Positions 1 to 10,489 are shown, numbered from the stretch's first letter. The stretch is 64,000 bases of DNA from a virus (IMGVR_UViG_3300033068_001467:23794-87793); one strand, 5' to 3'. Notes: a model not told the origin generated them from the letters alone. Translations and numbers: made by a program.

Positions 1-231
1 CATTTAGAAAATGAGCCTATACACAACTATGGATTTATTCAAATTACAAATGGGGGTTTAGATGATAAACCTTTATTTTGGGACAATGTTTCCTTCTTCA
101 TTTCGGCGGGCAAAAAAGAATTTAAAGAAGAATGTAAAAAAGAACTACAAGAAAAAGGATATGATTGGAAAGAAGTATACAAGCAAATTAAAACACTTTT
201 AAAACGAGCTAAAAAATTAGATTTATTATGA
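1..231 (+). CDS. hypothetical protein, 5'-truncated by window edge
   Basis: Open frame from base 1 to TGA 229-231, overlapping the next ATG (ATGA). Confidence 0.6.
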   Translation, partial: HLENEPIHNYGFIQITNGGLDDKPLFWDNVSFFISAGKKEFKEECKKELQEKGYDWKEVYKQIKTLLKRAKKLDLL

Positions 232-455
232 AATATACAGAATTAACATTTGTAGAAGATATTGGTTTCTATACTGACGAGTTAGAAAAAATACAGTTTT
301 ATAAAAAAGATAGATTGTACTCTTCTTTAGGAAGTCACAGTATGTATGTAGATTCAGACAAACTTGAAATTGGGCGAAAAAAGTTTAAAAAAGATTTATT
401 AAAACACTACAACAACTTAATAAAACAAATAAATGACAATATTACAAATACTTAA
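228..455 (+). CDS. hypothetical protein
   Basis: ORF in co-directional overlapping gene run. Confidence 0.6.
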   Translation: MKYTELTFVEDIGFYTDELEKIQFYKKDRLYSSLGSHSMYVDSDKLEIGRKKFKKDLLKHYNNLIKQINDNITNT

Positions 456-1053
456 AGATTATCCAATAGCGCAAAAAGCTTTAAAACACATAATCTTAAC
501 AAACACAGCAAATAACGCTCCTTATCACAATTTAAATCATTTACTTACTGTTACAAGACACGCTTATAATGCTTTAACTTTTAATAATAGTTTTGCAGGC
601 GGTTGTGTAGAAGATGTTTTAGTGGCTTGTTTATTTCACGATTATAATCATTCGCAAGGAAAATTTAAAGATGATGAAAATATAAGAATTGCTAAAGAGG
701 GAATGGTCTCCTTTTTAAACTCTTTAGAATATAACTCCTTAGATACAGATTTTATGGAGCATATTATAGATGCCACTCAATATCCCTATGTTATACCAAG
801 TGAAGAATTATGTCCATATCAAAAAATAATAAGAGACGCAGACTTATGTCAAATTTATGAATATGATTGGTTGAAGCAAAATATTTTTGGATTATCTTTA
901 GAGATTGGAATTCCTGTTGTAGATTTATTACCAGGACAAATAAATTTTTTAAGTGGTATTAAACCTTTAACAGAATATGGGAAGTATATGCACGATAAAT
1001 ATTTTGAAGCTGTGTGGGGAGAAGTTATATTTTTAGAAAAAATAATGGAATAG
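433..1053 (+). CDS. HD-domain metal-dependent phosphohydrolase
   Basis: YHNLNH ... LFHDYNH ... IIRDADL: H..HD..D metal-binding signature. Confidence 0.85.
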   Translation: MTILQILKDYPIAQKALKHIILTNTANNAPYHNLNHLLTVTRHAYNALTFNNSFAGGCVEDVLVACLFHDYNHSQGKFKDDENIRIAKEGMVSFLNSLEYNSLDTDFMEHIIDATQYPYVIPSEELCPYQKIIRDADLCQIYEYDWLKQNIFGLSLEIGIPVVDLLPGQINFLSGIKPLTEYGKYMHDKYFEAVWGEVIFLEKIME

Positions 1054-1055
1054 TT

Positions 1056-1286
1056 ATGGAAATAGTAAAACAATATATAGTAGAAGTAAAGGGAAATAGA
1101 TTACTTGGAGTAGTAACAAAAGAAGGCAAACACTTTATTCAGTCATTTACAAATCAGATAGGATTTGATGAGGTTAATGGAGAATTATTTAGTGGTTTTG
1201 GAGAATTGATTTATAGTGACAAAGACGCTGATAATATGTGTAGTAGTTGTAATTGTTGGAAGCAAAAAAGAAATAGTTGTAGTTAA
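1056..1286 (+). CDS. hypothetical protein
   Basis: ATG 1056 just after the upstream stop is preferred to the track start at 1014. Confidence 0.55.
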   Translation: MEIVKQYIVEVKGNRLLGVVTKEGKHFIQSFTNQIGFDEVNGELFSGFGELIYSDKDADNMCSSCNCWKQKRNSCS

Positions 1287-1305
1287 TGGAGAAAAATATA
1301 AATTT

Positions 1306-1746
1306 ATGGAGAATTGGTTAGAAACAGACGCAGATTGTAAAGAACAGTATTATGCAATTAAAGAGATTAAAAATAATATGATACAGAATAAGAAACAAGG
1401 TGTAAAAATACTTTCAGAGTTTATGGGATTTTCAAAACCATTTAATACTTCTTGGGATGCACTTATGCAAGTAGTTGATAAACTAGAAAGTTTAGATTTA
1501 AAAGATAAAATTTATTCTTGGGAAGACAGTAGAGGAACTAATTATAATTTTCAGTGTGTTGAAGTTGAAATATCTTCAGGTAAATGTTGGATAACAATAG
1601 AATTAGATTTAGACCCTTGTATAATTATAAATAAAGAATGGGCAGGAACACAATATCAAGAATGGTATAACTCTTCAAGATTAAATGCTGTTTTTTATTC
1701 GTGTGTTGAGGCAGTGGAATATTTAAAAGAAAAAGAACTAATATAA
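1306..1746 (+). CDS. conserved phage protein (FMG..SWDALMQVVDKLE family), paralog of 7734-8015
   Basis: Shares EFMG, WxxLMxVVxKxE and AVx.xCVE motifs with 7734-8015; ATG 1306 preferred to GTG 1216. Confidence 0.65.
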   Translation: MENWLETDADCKEQYYAIKEIKNNMIQNKKQGVKILSEFMGFSKPFNTSWDALMQVVDKLESLDLKDKIYSWEDSRGTNYNFQCVEVEISSGKCWITIELDLDPCIIINKEWAGTQYQEWYNSSRLNAVFYSCVEAVEYLKEKELI

Positions 1747-1955
1747 TGGCACATATAGAAAAAGAGTTACAAAGTTATAAAAATAAAGCTCAAGAATTAA
1801 CTTCAATTTTTGGCGAAAAAAGTTTAAAAGTAGTAGAACAAATAACAACCACTTTAGAAAACCTGCTTGCTTGGGATGATAGTGAATTTACAGCAGTTGA
1901 ACTTGGGTATTGGTATAATGTGGAAGCTGAATTAAAAATAATGCACGAATTATGA
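1746..1955 (+). CDS. hypothetical protein
   Basis: TAATG-coupled ORF. Confidence 0.6.
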   Translation: MAHIEKELQSYKNKAQELTSIFGEKSLKVVEQITTTLENLLAWDDSEFTAVELGYWYNVEAELKIMHEL

Positions 1956-2548
1956 TAGTAGCGGTTTGTAAAAGACATGGTTTAGTAGCTTGTCACCAAT
2001 GTAATCCAAGAATAGATTTTAATAAATCAGTAAAAAAAGAGAATCCTTATCAATTGACTAAAGAGGAGCAAGAAAATATTAAAAACATTGATAATGCTTT
2101 TGACAAATTGTTTAAAGAATCTAAATGGGATACTAAACAGGTTATTGAGTTTGTTAATTGGTACATTGATTTAAAAGAATTAGGAGAGAATAATAAACTA
2201 GAGAACTTTACTATTATTGAAAGTTTTTTAGACGGAGATTCTGTTGACGTGTGGAAGAACATAAAGTCTATTCCTGAGATATTCAGTTTTTTAAGAAAAT
2301 ACTTTACTTACGATAATGAAAATGAAGTTTTTCAGTCAAAGAAAAGAAGAATTAGTGCGGGAACAGTCGATGACTCAAGTTTATTTATAGCAAGTGATAG
2401 TCAAGGAACAGTTATTTGGTGGCGAAGTAACCTAGGTGAGGAAGACACTATTTTCGACGGAAAAGAATTAAAAACAGAAGAAGAATTTAATCAAGTATTT
2501 GAATTACTAAATATATCGAAATGGCTTACGGAAGCAAAGAAGAACTAA
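1952..2548 (+). CDS. hypothetical protein
   Basis: 198-aa ORF, ATGA overlap. Confidence 0.6.
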   Translation: MIVAVCKRHGLVACHQCNPRIDFNKSVKKENPYQLTKEEQENIKNIDNAFDKLFKESKWDTKQVIEFVNWYIDLKELGENNKLENFTIIESFLDGDSVDVWKNIKSIPEIFSFLRKYFTYDNENEVFQSKKRRISAGTVDDSSLFIASDSQGTVIWWRSNLGEEDTIFDGKELKTEEEFNQVFELLNISKWLTEAKKN

Positions 2549-2879
2549 TAAGTGTAGCAAACATAATAAGAAAAACTATGTTTGACTTTTACATGGGTAA
2601 GATAGACAAAAAAAGTTTCTAAGGGTATATTGGGAATTTGAAGGATTTCTTTTAGAGCATGAATACGCCAAAGAAGATGATTATTTTAAATGTGATTTAC
2701 CTGACACAGAAAGATTCCTGGAAAAAGAGTATAGTTTAGAAGATATTAAAAAAGCAATTGACTTTAATAAATATCACACAGATTACGGAAACATTATTGG
2801 TGGAAAATCAGATGAGGAAATTGAGGAGTTTATAAACAGCTTATAATTCGCCGCGTAAAAAATTAAAAAACAGAAAATT

Positions 2880-3149
2880 ATGACTTTAGAACAACTAAAA
2901 CAAAACCAACTAAACCTAAACAACAGTTTAAGAAACTTATTAGACCAACAAAGAAATATAGTATCAAAAATAACAGGAGACTATGAAACACCTACAGAAG
3001 AAAATCCAATAAAAGCTCCATCAGGACTAATAGAAGAAATAGATTTATTACAACAGACAACATACAATATTATTTCTGAATTAAACATTGCTTCTAATAG
3101 ACTATCAGATTACACTTATGAACCTGTAGTAACATGTAATTCTCAATAA
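2880..3149 (+). CDS. hypothetical coiled-coil protein
   Basis: ORF with A-rich leader, followed by a terminator. Confidence 0.65.
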   Translation: MTLEQLKQNQLNLNNSLRNLLDQQRNIVSKITGDYETPTEENPIKAPSGLIEEIDLLQQTTYNIISELNIASNRLSDYTYEPVVTCNSQ

Positions 3150-3163
3150 TACTTTCTTATCCA

Positions 3164-3193
3164 ACCCCCTCCTAATACCAAGGAGGGTTTTTT
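3164..3193 (+). terminator. intrinsic terminator
   Basis: CCCTCCT-loop-AGGAGGG followed by T-run. Confidence 0.8.
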
Positions 3194-3631
3194 ATTTGTG
3201 GGAATGTGGTGTTTTTTAGTTGAGGAAAATTATTTTATTGTGTGGGTGTAGTATTTTTAAAATTGTAAATATATGGTTAAAAGATTTTTAATTACGGGGG
3301 GTAATATTTTATTAAATAAAAATGATTTTACGAACATTTCTCCTGTATGACCAATATACAAGTCGGTCAGTCTAAAATTCATTTCTACTCCTACCCGTAC
3401 CTAATTATATCAATCGAAAATTATCGTGCCTAAAATCGAGTTTTTGTTTGGTTTTGAAAAAATGTTTTTTATTATGTACGTTTATAAGGTTTTTGTTTAT
3501 AATAATGTACATTTTGCCGTTTTTTTATCTTTTTTGTGCCGTTTTTATCTTACATTATTGTAAGAATTTACTTTATTGATTGTGTAGTTTGTCGATGTTT
3601 TTATGCAGTTAATCGATTTTATTAGGTTTTA

Positions 3632-3664
3632 TTTGTTTTGTAATGGTTTTATGTTGTATGTTTG
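3632..3664 (+). promoter_or_regulatory. Bacteroidota-type sigma70 promoter
   Basis: TTTG 3632-35 ... TATGTTTG 3657-64. Confidence 0.55.
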
Positions 3665-3709
3665 CTCCATCAAATAACAACAACGAATATTAATTTAATC
3701 TTATATATT

Positions 3710-3892
3710 ATGAATGCAATTACAATCGAAACAATAAATTTTGATACAGTTATAGGATTTTTAACAACGTTTAAAGAACTACCTAAAAAAGCTGAAAACA
3801 TTGGTTATGTAGTTGAAAATGATACTTTGCAAACTTACGCCATTTATAAAGTATTTAAAACTAATAAAACTTATTTAATTAAAACACTATAA
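3710..3892 (+). CDS. early-region hypothetical protein
   Basis: ATG 3710 downstream of promoter (the track TTG 3662 lies inside the promoter). Confidence 0.55.
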   Translation: MNAITIETINFDTVIGFLTTFKELPKKAENIGYVVENDTLQTYAIYKVFKTNKTYLIKTL

Positions 3893-4019
3893 TTATGAAA
3901 ACAACTTTTAAAATCATTCGCTTTTGGTTATCTGTTAATTATAATCAAATTTTTATTCTGTTCTTTTTAATCTTTTTTACGGCGCAATTATTACGCTTAA
4001 TCTTTTAAATACTAATGCT

Positions 4020-4229
4020 ATGAATTACTTCTTATTAGAAACTCAATCCGACAAAGGTACATTATTTTTGAAAACTAATGCAACCAACAAAGAAACAGCA
4101 ATAAATAACTTTTGCAACCTTTACAATGCACCAAAAACCGCCGTAAAAAATGTATATAAATTTGAATTAATGTTTTGGAACTTTAAACCTATTACATTAA
4201 TTCGTAAAAACCTTGCAACACTATGTTAA
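4020..4229 (+). CDS. early-region hypothetical protein
   Basis: Small ORF in co-directional run. Confidence 0.55.
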   Translation: MNYFLLETQSDKGTLFLKTNATNKETAINNFCNLYNAPKTAVKNVYKFELMFWNFKPITLIRKNLATLC

Positions 4230-4590
4230 AAATTAACAAACATTCAAACTATTATGAAGCCTTATTTTTAGGCGGCAACTTATACGCTTTTACTTTGCTT
4301 GACTTATTTAAGCAGTTACTAACTATCTATAATATTAGAACTGAAATATTTACTTTTGATAACTTAAATTAATCCGTTTCTTTTTAACTTTTTTCGGGCG
4401 AAAATAAACATAAAACAAAATCTTATGAAAGTACTACCAGCAACAAAAGTATTACAAAATGTAATTGAAGCAAAAGAAACGGCACAAAGTTTCTTAAAGT
4501 ATGCTATTGCAAACAAACAACAAAACGAAATTGATTATTGGAATAAACAAATTGAAATTTTCACTAATTTATTAACTAAAAAATAATAAT

Positions 4591-4920
4591 ATGAAGCCTT
4601 GTTTAAGTGAGTTAAAAAATAGCGATATAGTTAAACTAATTGAGTTTAATGTATTAGAAACAAAGGAGGGTAAAACGAGTAAATTTTTACACAATCTTAT
4701 AAATATAGGTACTTCATTTACTTACCTAAAAATAGGAGCAAATTTGTATCAAATATCATTTAGTAGTGGTAATTTTTACCCTCAAATTTATAAGGTTTAT
4801 GCGTGGCAACATATACCAAGTTATCAACCAATTGATTATTATTTATTTAAAAAAGTTGATGACAGTATTAAAGTAAGTCAATATTATGGTAACTTAAACA
4901 CGTATAGAAAATTAAACTAA
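4591..4920 (+). CDS. early-region hypothetical protein
   Basis: ORF with A-rich leader. Confidence 0.6.
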   Translation: MKPCLSELKNSDIVKLIEFNVLETKEGKTSKFLHNLINIGTSFTYLKIGANLYQISFSSGNFYPQIYKVYAWQHIPSYQPIDYYLFKKVDDSIKVSQYYGNLNTYRKLN

Positions 4921-4946
4921 AAACCGCCGTAAAAAATTAAAAAAAA

Positions 4947-5150
4947 ATGAGTATAGAAAATATAACCTTTGAAAATACAGACACTTTAAAAGATACATTA
5001 ACCAAAACCGTACTTTTAAATGCAGGTAGTCACAGATTAAAAACCGAACTTACAAAGTTAAAAGTAAGCTACACAAAAGTATGTAAGGGTGCATTCACTA
5101 CATACATTTTGAGAGGTAAAAATATAGGAGTATTAAAAGTTAAATTATAA
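4947..5150 (+). CDS. early-region hypothetical protein
   Basis: ORF with A-rich leader. Confidence 0.55.
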   Translation: MSIENITFENTDTLKDTLTKTVLLNAGSHRLKTELTKLKVSYTKVCKGAFTTYILRGKNIGVLKVKL

Positions 5151-5222
5151 AAATTTCCGCAAAAAAGAATACAACAAAAGAAAAAATTTACTATCTTTAC
5201 AATCAATTTAAAAACATATATT

Positions 5223-5501
5223 ATGTACACAATTCAATTAACAACAACAAAGCAAGTTAAAAACCCAAACACAAAAACAACCTATAAAAATGAAAGTGTT
5301 GAGGTTACAACAATAACAGACAAAGAATATCATTTAATTACTAATGAGGATACAGTTAAATTCTTTAGACGTTTGGGAGGTAGTGAAAGTTTACAACGGT
5401 CTTACACTTGTGCGGGTTATAAAGTTTATAAAATGGTTTACACAAGTCCTGACAGACAAAACAAAACTATTAGAGAATTTAAATTTATTGATAACTCTTA
5501 A
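5223..5501 (+). CDS. early-region hypothetical protein
   Basis: ORF after near-consensus promoter (TATCTTTA). Confidence 0.6.
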   Translation: MYTIQLTTTKQVKNPNTKTTYKNESVEVTTITDKEYHLITNEDTVKFFRRLGGSESLQRSYTCAGYKVYKMVYTSPDRQNKTIREFKFIDNS

Positions 5502-5532
5502 ATTCGGGCGTAAAAAACTAAAAACAAAAGTT

Positions 5533-5739
5533 ATGGAACAACTCCCAAAATTCATCTATTACGACGATAAAGATAGAGCAGGAAGAAAAAACACAAAACC
5601 GTATAGAGGACAGTTTACATATAAAAACACTCAATACTTTTGCGGACAACACGAAACAATAAAACAAGCTCAAAGAGCCGTTGATATAAAGCGTTTAAGT
5701 TTGGGATTAAGTCCTTTGTATTTGGTTGCTAAAAAATAG
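5533..5739 (+). CDS. small AP2-like DNA-binding domain protein
   Basis: YRGQFTYKNTQYFCGQHETIKQAQRAVD fits the AP2/IENR three-strand plus helix pattern; ATG 5533 preferred. Confidence 0.45.
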   Translation: MEQLPKFIYYDDKDRAGRKNTKPYRGQFTYKNTQYFCGQHETIKQAQRAVDIKRLSLGLSPLYLVAKK

Positions 5740-5768
5740 TATTTCGGCGCAAAAAAATAAAAAAAGAT

Positions 5769-5799
5769 TTTGTAAATTAAAATAAATTTATTACATTTG
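5769..5799 (+). promoter_or_regulatory. Bacteroidota-type sigma70 promoter
   Basis: TTTG-N19-TACATTTG. Confidence 0.75.
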
Positions 5800-6088
5800 A
5801 CAATAATTTAAAAACTATGAAAACAAATAAATACACTTACTTAAAAGTAATACAACAGAATTACGGGCAAGGTTGGGAGGATGTAAGCGAATACGAAACC
5901 AATTCATAAGGCGAACCAAAAGAGTGGAGTAATATACCGCATATAAGCACAACAGGTAAAGAAAGAAAACAAAGCCTACTAAACCACGATTTAAAAGAAT
6001 ACAGACTAATGGGCTATTCAACTAGAGTGGTACAACGTAAAGAGTTGAACAACTAAAAACCGCCGTAAAAACTAAAAACAACAGAAAA

Positions 6089-6388
6089 ATGAAAACAACA
6101 ACACTATTAAAAAGATTGAAAGGTATTCCAACAGTTGAAGCCTTAATAAGTCCAAGAAGCGGGGAAGCAGTAAGAAACCAAGTTGTTATAAATATGAACA
6201 ACGGCAAAGTATTCCAAAGCTATGAAAGTACAATAGCAATAGAGTACAAAGGTATAACATACCTAACTAATAAATTTGATTATTCCGTTACAACAAGTAA
6301 GTACTTGAAGCAGTTTTGCGGAAAGTCGGCAAAAGAAGTTAAGACAGAACTAAAAAATAAAAGTAAGAAGTTTGTTTTGTTGGAATAA
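6089..6388 (+). CDS. conserved early phage protein, paralog of 10774-11076
   Basis: 80 of 99 residues identical to 10774-11076 (manual alignment). Confidence 0.75.
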   Translation: MKTTTLLKRLKGIPTVEALISPRSGEAVRNQVVINMNNGKVFQSYESTIAIEYKGITYLTNKFDYSVTTSKYLKQFCGKSAKEVKTELKNKSKKFVLLE

Positions 6389-6402
6389 ATTTTATACATT
6401 TG
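6371..6402 (+). promoter_or_regulatory. Bacteroidota-type sigma70 promoter
   Basis: TTTG-N20-TACATTTG. Confidence 0.7.
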
Positions 6403-6440
6403 TACAATAATCAAGTTTTAACGTATAAAAAAGCTATTCA

Positions 6441-6662
6441 ATGGGATTTATTGCAAGAAATTTAACCACTAATCAAGTTTATTATAGTAAAGGAGCTAAC
6501 AAAATAGCTAATTTAATCGGGTGCAACTACTCAACTATAACAAAATTCTATCAAAAAAGAGAAAATCAAACCAAAGATAAACTTATTAAGGGGTGGATTG
6601 TATCAAAAACAATAGAAATAAGCAACCAAAATAGAGGAATTAATATTAAATTCAATGTTTAA
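6441..6662 (+). CDS. small HTH-like protein
   Basis: ANKIANLIGCNYSTITKFY resembles a helix-turn-helix. Confidence 0.45.
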   Translation: MGFIARNLTTNQVYYSKGANKIANLIGCNYSTITKFYQKRENQTKDKLIKGWIVSKTIEISNQNRGINIKFNV

Positions 6663-6713
6663 CGTCGAAAAAACTTTCTAAATTCCGCAAAAAGAAAATA
6701 AAAACAGAAGAAA

Positions 6714-6947
6714 ATGAAAACAAAAGATTTATTAATATGCAAAAGAGAAGATGTTTACTACACAGATACATTAGAAATGTGTAAACACTACCCTAAAATA
6801 AACGAAATAGTAGAGGTAGAACAAGTAATAAAAGATGAGGATGGTATTTGGCTTTGTTTGGTTGGATATGATGAAGATATGTTCGACGCAAATTGTTTTC
6901 GTAAACTAAATTTATCAGTAAGTAATTCATTTTCAGAAAGTTATTAA
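6714..6947 (+). CDS. early-region hypothetical protein
   Basis: ORF with A-rich leader. Confidence 0.6.
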   Translation: MKTKDLLICKREDVYYTDTLEMCKHYPKINEIVEVEQVIKDEDGIWLCLVGYDEDMFDANCFRKLNLSVSNSFSESY

Positions 6948-7084
6948 GATGTTCCACGTGGAACATAAGGGTGGGACAACCCCCAACAACCATTTTAATC
7001 ATAGGTTAGTAGGCTCAAAAACCAACAAAACAAGTATAACAACACCGATATATAAAGATAAAAAATACAGTTTCTTTTTTTAGT

Positions 7085-7282
7085 ATGGTGGTAAAAGTAA
7101 AAATTATGATAACAGAAGGACAAAAAGTAAAAATTAATACAGGAACTTCGCCAACAAAAACAGGGTTAAATATCTTATCAACAACAGTAAAGAAAGTTTT
7201 ATCTAATGGTAATTTTATAACTTATGATTGCGAACCTTATTTTGGATATAATTTGTTTAACGTTAAAGATATTGTACTATGA
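7085..7282 (+). CDS. early-region hypothetical protein
   Basis: Small ORF. Confidence 0.5.
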   Translation: MVVKVKIMITEGQKVKINTGTSPTKTGLNILSTTVKKVLSNGNFITYDCEPYFGYNLFNVKDIVL

Positions 7283-7476
7283 TTATTTATATTACTATGT
7301 TTATATTTTTTGTAATTGTTATATCGATTAGTGTATTAGCTTATTTTGATAAAAATGGTCACAATCCTTTTAAGTAATCTTTCTTTTTTAATTTTTTCCC
7401 GCCGAATTTATTTACAGTAAAAAGATTGAATAGACATTAATAACAGCCGTTTTAAGGCACTAAAAACATAAACACT

Positions 7477-7692
7477 ATGACAACTATTAAAACAAAACTT
7501 TTAGCACATTTAAGACAAGATAACGATTTTAATAAATTTGATGACACTATTTTAAAACAAGTAGTTGAGAATTTAGAAATTAAAAACTATCTATTAGATA
7601 AAGAATACCTTGATATTTCTTATCTTATTATAGACAATAAGATTATTAATTTAGATGAGATTTATTTTCTTTGTAGAGATTTTAACCTTTAA
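7477..7692 (+). CDS. early-region hypothetical protein
   Basis: Small ORF. Confidence 0.55.
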   Translation: MTTIKTKLLAHLRQDNDFNKFDDTILKQVVENLEIKNYLLDKEYLDISYLIIDNKIINLDEIYFLCRDFNL

Positions 7693-7733
7693 TTCTTTTT
7701 TACGGCGGAATTTAATTTAAACATATTATAATT

Positions 7734-8015
7734 ATGAATACAACAGAAAATAACAAATTAATTTTAGAATTTATGGGCGAACCTCATAAAGTTTGGCAAG
7801 ATTTAGCATATCATTCAGATTGGAATTGGTTAATGGAAGTAGTAGAAAAGATTGAAAACTTAGGCAGTAAAAGTGCAATTGTAAATCATTTAGGGAAGCA
7901 TATTTTTACTGTCTCATTAAATGATAATATAATTTCAGAAGATGGAAATACTAAAATTGAAGCTGTTTACAATGCTTGTGTAGAGTTTATAAAGTGGTAT
8001 AATGAAAATAAATAA
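7734..8015 (+). CDS. conserved phage protein (YHSDWNWLMEVVEKIE family)
   Basis: Motifs shared with 1306-1746. Confidence 0.7.
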   Translation: MNTTENNKLILEFMGEPHKVWQDLAYHSDWNWLMEVVEKIENLGSKSAIVNHLGKHIFTVSLNDNIISEDGNTKIEAVYNACVEFIKWYNENK

Positions 8016-8304
8016 TCTTTTTTTGCGGAAATTCAAAATTATTTATTATCTTTGACAAAAATTAAAACATTATGAAAAAATTTATAAAAAATTATGTTGA
8101 AAAGTTTGGTTATAAACCTACAATATTTGAATTGTTTAATTATTATACTAAGGGTATGTTAGTTTTAACAGATAGCGAAGAGAATAGTTTGTTATTAGAA
8201 TTTGAAAATAATAATTTACTTTAATCTTTTTCCGCCCGATAAAACTAAAACAAACAGAAATACATTAATAGACACTATTTTTAACCATTTTAAAACATTA
8301 TCTT

Positions 8305-8505
8305 ATGAAAACAATATCAAACTATCAACAAGCAAAACAAACGATTAAAAACGTTGCAGATGAAGTAAAGAAAAATCACCCAACAGATAAACCACTTATT
8401 AGAATGACAATTAATGATGAAGTTAATAATTTAAGTTATAATTTAACAGAATATCAAAGAAACTTATTAAGTAATTATGCTTGTAAGTTGCATCCTAAAG
8501 ATTAA
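8305..8505 (+). CDS. early-region hypothetical protein
   Basis: Small ORF. Confidence 0.55.
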   Translation: MKTISNYQQAKQTIKNVADEVKKNHPTDKPLIRMTINDEVNNLSYNLTEYQRNLLSNYACKLHPKD

Positions 8506-8566
8506 ATTCTGTTTTTATTTTTTTGCGGAAAATTAAAAATATAACTTCGGCAAAAACCAACTAATT

Positions 8567-8911
8567 TTGCCAATAATATACGAAACTATGACACAAGAAG
8601 AAAAAATTGCACAACAAAGATATGATAACGGGGAACAACCAAGTATATCAACTTTTATAGACGAGGACACAATTATTATGGGTTATGGAAAATTAGACTA
8701 TGACTTTGAATTTCCTTTACCCGTTGAAACAGTAAGACAAATACATAAAGCAACATCGTGGAGCGAAAAGTTTAAAAAAGAAGGTTATAACAGATATATA
8801 ACTACTAACAAAGAAACTCAAGAGCAATGTATTTTAGGTTGGTGCAAAGAAGAAATAGTTGAGCAATACAGAAAGGAAAATCCGAATCATTTAATTGAAA
8901 TTTTATTATGA
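8567..8911 (+). CDS. early-region hypothetical protein
   Basis: 114-aa ORF; start uncertain (TTG or ATG 8588). Confidence 0.55.
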   Translation: MPIIYETMTQEEKIAQQRYDNGEQPSISTFIDEDTIIMGYGKLDYDFEFPLPVETVRQIHKATSWSEKFKKEGYNRYITTNKETQEQCILGWCKEEIVEQYRKENPNHLIEILL

Positions 8912-9083
8912 AACTATCAGACTTAAGAATAAATCAAACTTTTAAATTAGCGACAAGTGATAACACTTGTATATTTAGAGGTTATATTTATAATGGAAGT
9001 ACAAAAAAATTCTTTTATGAATGTGTAAATAGTGGAAACACAATTGAAACATATAACGATTATGAAATTTTAACATAAAAACA

Positions 9084-9114
9084 TTTGTATATTAGAAATA
9101 TTATTATATCTTTG
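9084..9114 (+). promoter_or_regulatory. Bacteroidota-type sigma70 promoter
   Basis: TTTG-N19-TATCTTTG. Confidence 0.75.
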
Positions 9115-9342
9115 ATTAATCTTAAAACCGTTTTTTATTCTTTTTTCGGCGAAATTAAAAGAAAGTCTTATGAACGTAACAGAATTAAACCAAGACCAAT
9201 TAGAAGAGTTAAAATGGACTTACTTCTATGATGTAGAGAATGATTATGAATATGCTTGTCAGATACCTAATGAAGTTATCTTTCAGCATTATGCACATAT
9301 TAGTTTTGTAGAGGAGGATTTTTCATCAAAAATAGAATAGTT

Positions 9343-9645
9343 ATGAAAGCAGGAACACAATTTGAAATTACACTAATTGCTGACGAAAGATTTTTAGGTA
9401 ATTGTGCAAATGTAGAAACACTTTTATCAGTTTTTAGAAGCAGTTTAAAAACGGCAGTTAGTGGCGAAGGTATTGAAATTTATTCTTTTGGTGAAGAAAG
9501 AGTTTTAGATGACTGGCAAGGAACAGAAAAAGAAAAACAGATAAGACAGAAAGTAACACTTATTTTGTCGCAAAAGAAAACTAAAGAAGAAATTTACAAA
9601 GTAATTAATCAAGTACAAAGTCAACCAATAAAATTTTTAAGATGA
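9343..9645 (+). CDS. hypothetical protein
   Basis: ORF in overlapping run. Confidence 0.6.
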   Translation: MKAGTQFEITLIADERFLGNCANVETLLSVFRSSLKTAVSGEGIEIYSFGEERVLDDWQGTEKEKQIRQKVTLILSQKKTKEEIYKVINQVQSQPIKFLR

Positions 9646-9833
9646 AACTATCAATATCAACAATTAAAATAATTTGCAGTTTGTGGCATTATCCTGAAGA
9701 AATTTTAGAAGATAAAGAGTATTTAAACTTAACAATTAAGCAAATAGATATAACAGATATAAATTTTTCGGCAGAAGAAAAAGAAACAGCAAAAGAAGAA
9801 ATAAAAGAACTTTTAGAAACATTAAACTTATGA
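9642..9833 (+). CDS. hypothetical protein
   Basis: ATGA-coupled ORF. Confidence 0.6.
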   Translation: MKLSISTIKIICSLWHYPEEILEDKEYLNLTIKQIDITDINFSAEEKETAKEEIKELLETLNL

Positions 9834-10123
9834 AAAAATTAAATTTAATAAACGATATTTTATATATTATTAAAACTTACGGAGATTTTAACACAAGTGT
9901 TATCTTTGCAGAAAGTAGTCCAAGTATTAATACAAAAGGAAATTTAACACATTTACTTGAAGAATTTTATGATAATTGTGTGAAAGTAAATGTTTATGAC
10001 AGCAGAGATACTGAAATTGACACTTACACTTTGAAATACGAAGAATTATCTTTACCTTTGTTAAAAGAGATTAAATATTTAGCTATAATTTGGCAAGAAC
10101 AACAGAAACAAGAGTTAAATTAA
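9830..10123 (+). CDS. hypothetical protein
   Basis: ATGA-coupled ORF. Confidence 0.6.
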   Translation: MKKLNLINDILYIIKTYGDFNTSVIFAESSPSINTKGNLTHLLEEFYDNCVKVNVYDSRDTEIDTYTLKYEELSLPLLKEIKYLAIIWQEQQKQELN

Positions 10124-10195
10124 TAGAGAAGAGTTTGATTGATAATGAAATTGATTTTTAACTTTTTTCGGCGCAAAATAACATTAAGATAAGCT

Positions 10196-10489
10196 ATGAA
10201 AATACTAACAACAGAGAAACAAGAAATTATCCGCCTAACAATAAAATCAGAAAAACAAACAGAATACCTCAACTTAATAGAAACAACACACGAACAAGCA
10301 GTTAAATACATTCAGAACTTGTTTAAAGAATATACTATTAAGAAAGGAGATAAAACTACGGTTGATTTGAGATATAGTTTTTCAGGCAAAAATGGAAAAT
10401 CTATCCGTTGTTCTTTTTATTCTATTTCGGCGGAAAAAATTAAAGAAAAAATAATAACCGACTTAGGTCATAAAAATTTAACAAAATAA
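10196..10489 (+). CDS. hypothetical protein
   Basis: ORF in co-directional run. Confidence 0.6.
   Translation: MKILTTEKQEIIRLTIKSEKQTEYLNLIETTHEQAVKYIQNLFKEYTIKKGDKTTVDLRYSFSGKNGKSIRCSFYSISAEKIKEKIITDLGHKNLTK

Noticed and set aside
2549-2846. Possible gene between 2548 and 2846
   Set aside because: The coding-like 3' frame has upstream stops and no clear start; it may be a decayed gene or a sequence error, and cannot be supported
7258-7264. Isolated TAACGTT hexamer-core matches (also 27245-27251, 21845-21851)
   Set aside because: No adjoining stem or TGTTA partner; expected by chance in AT-rich DNA
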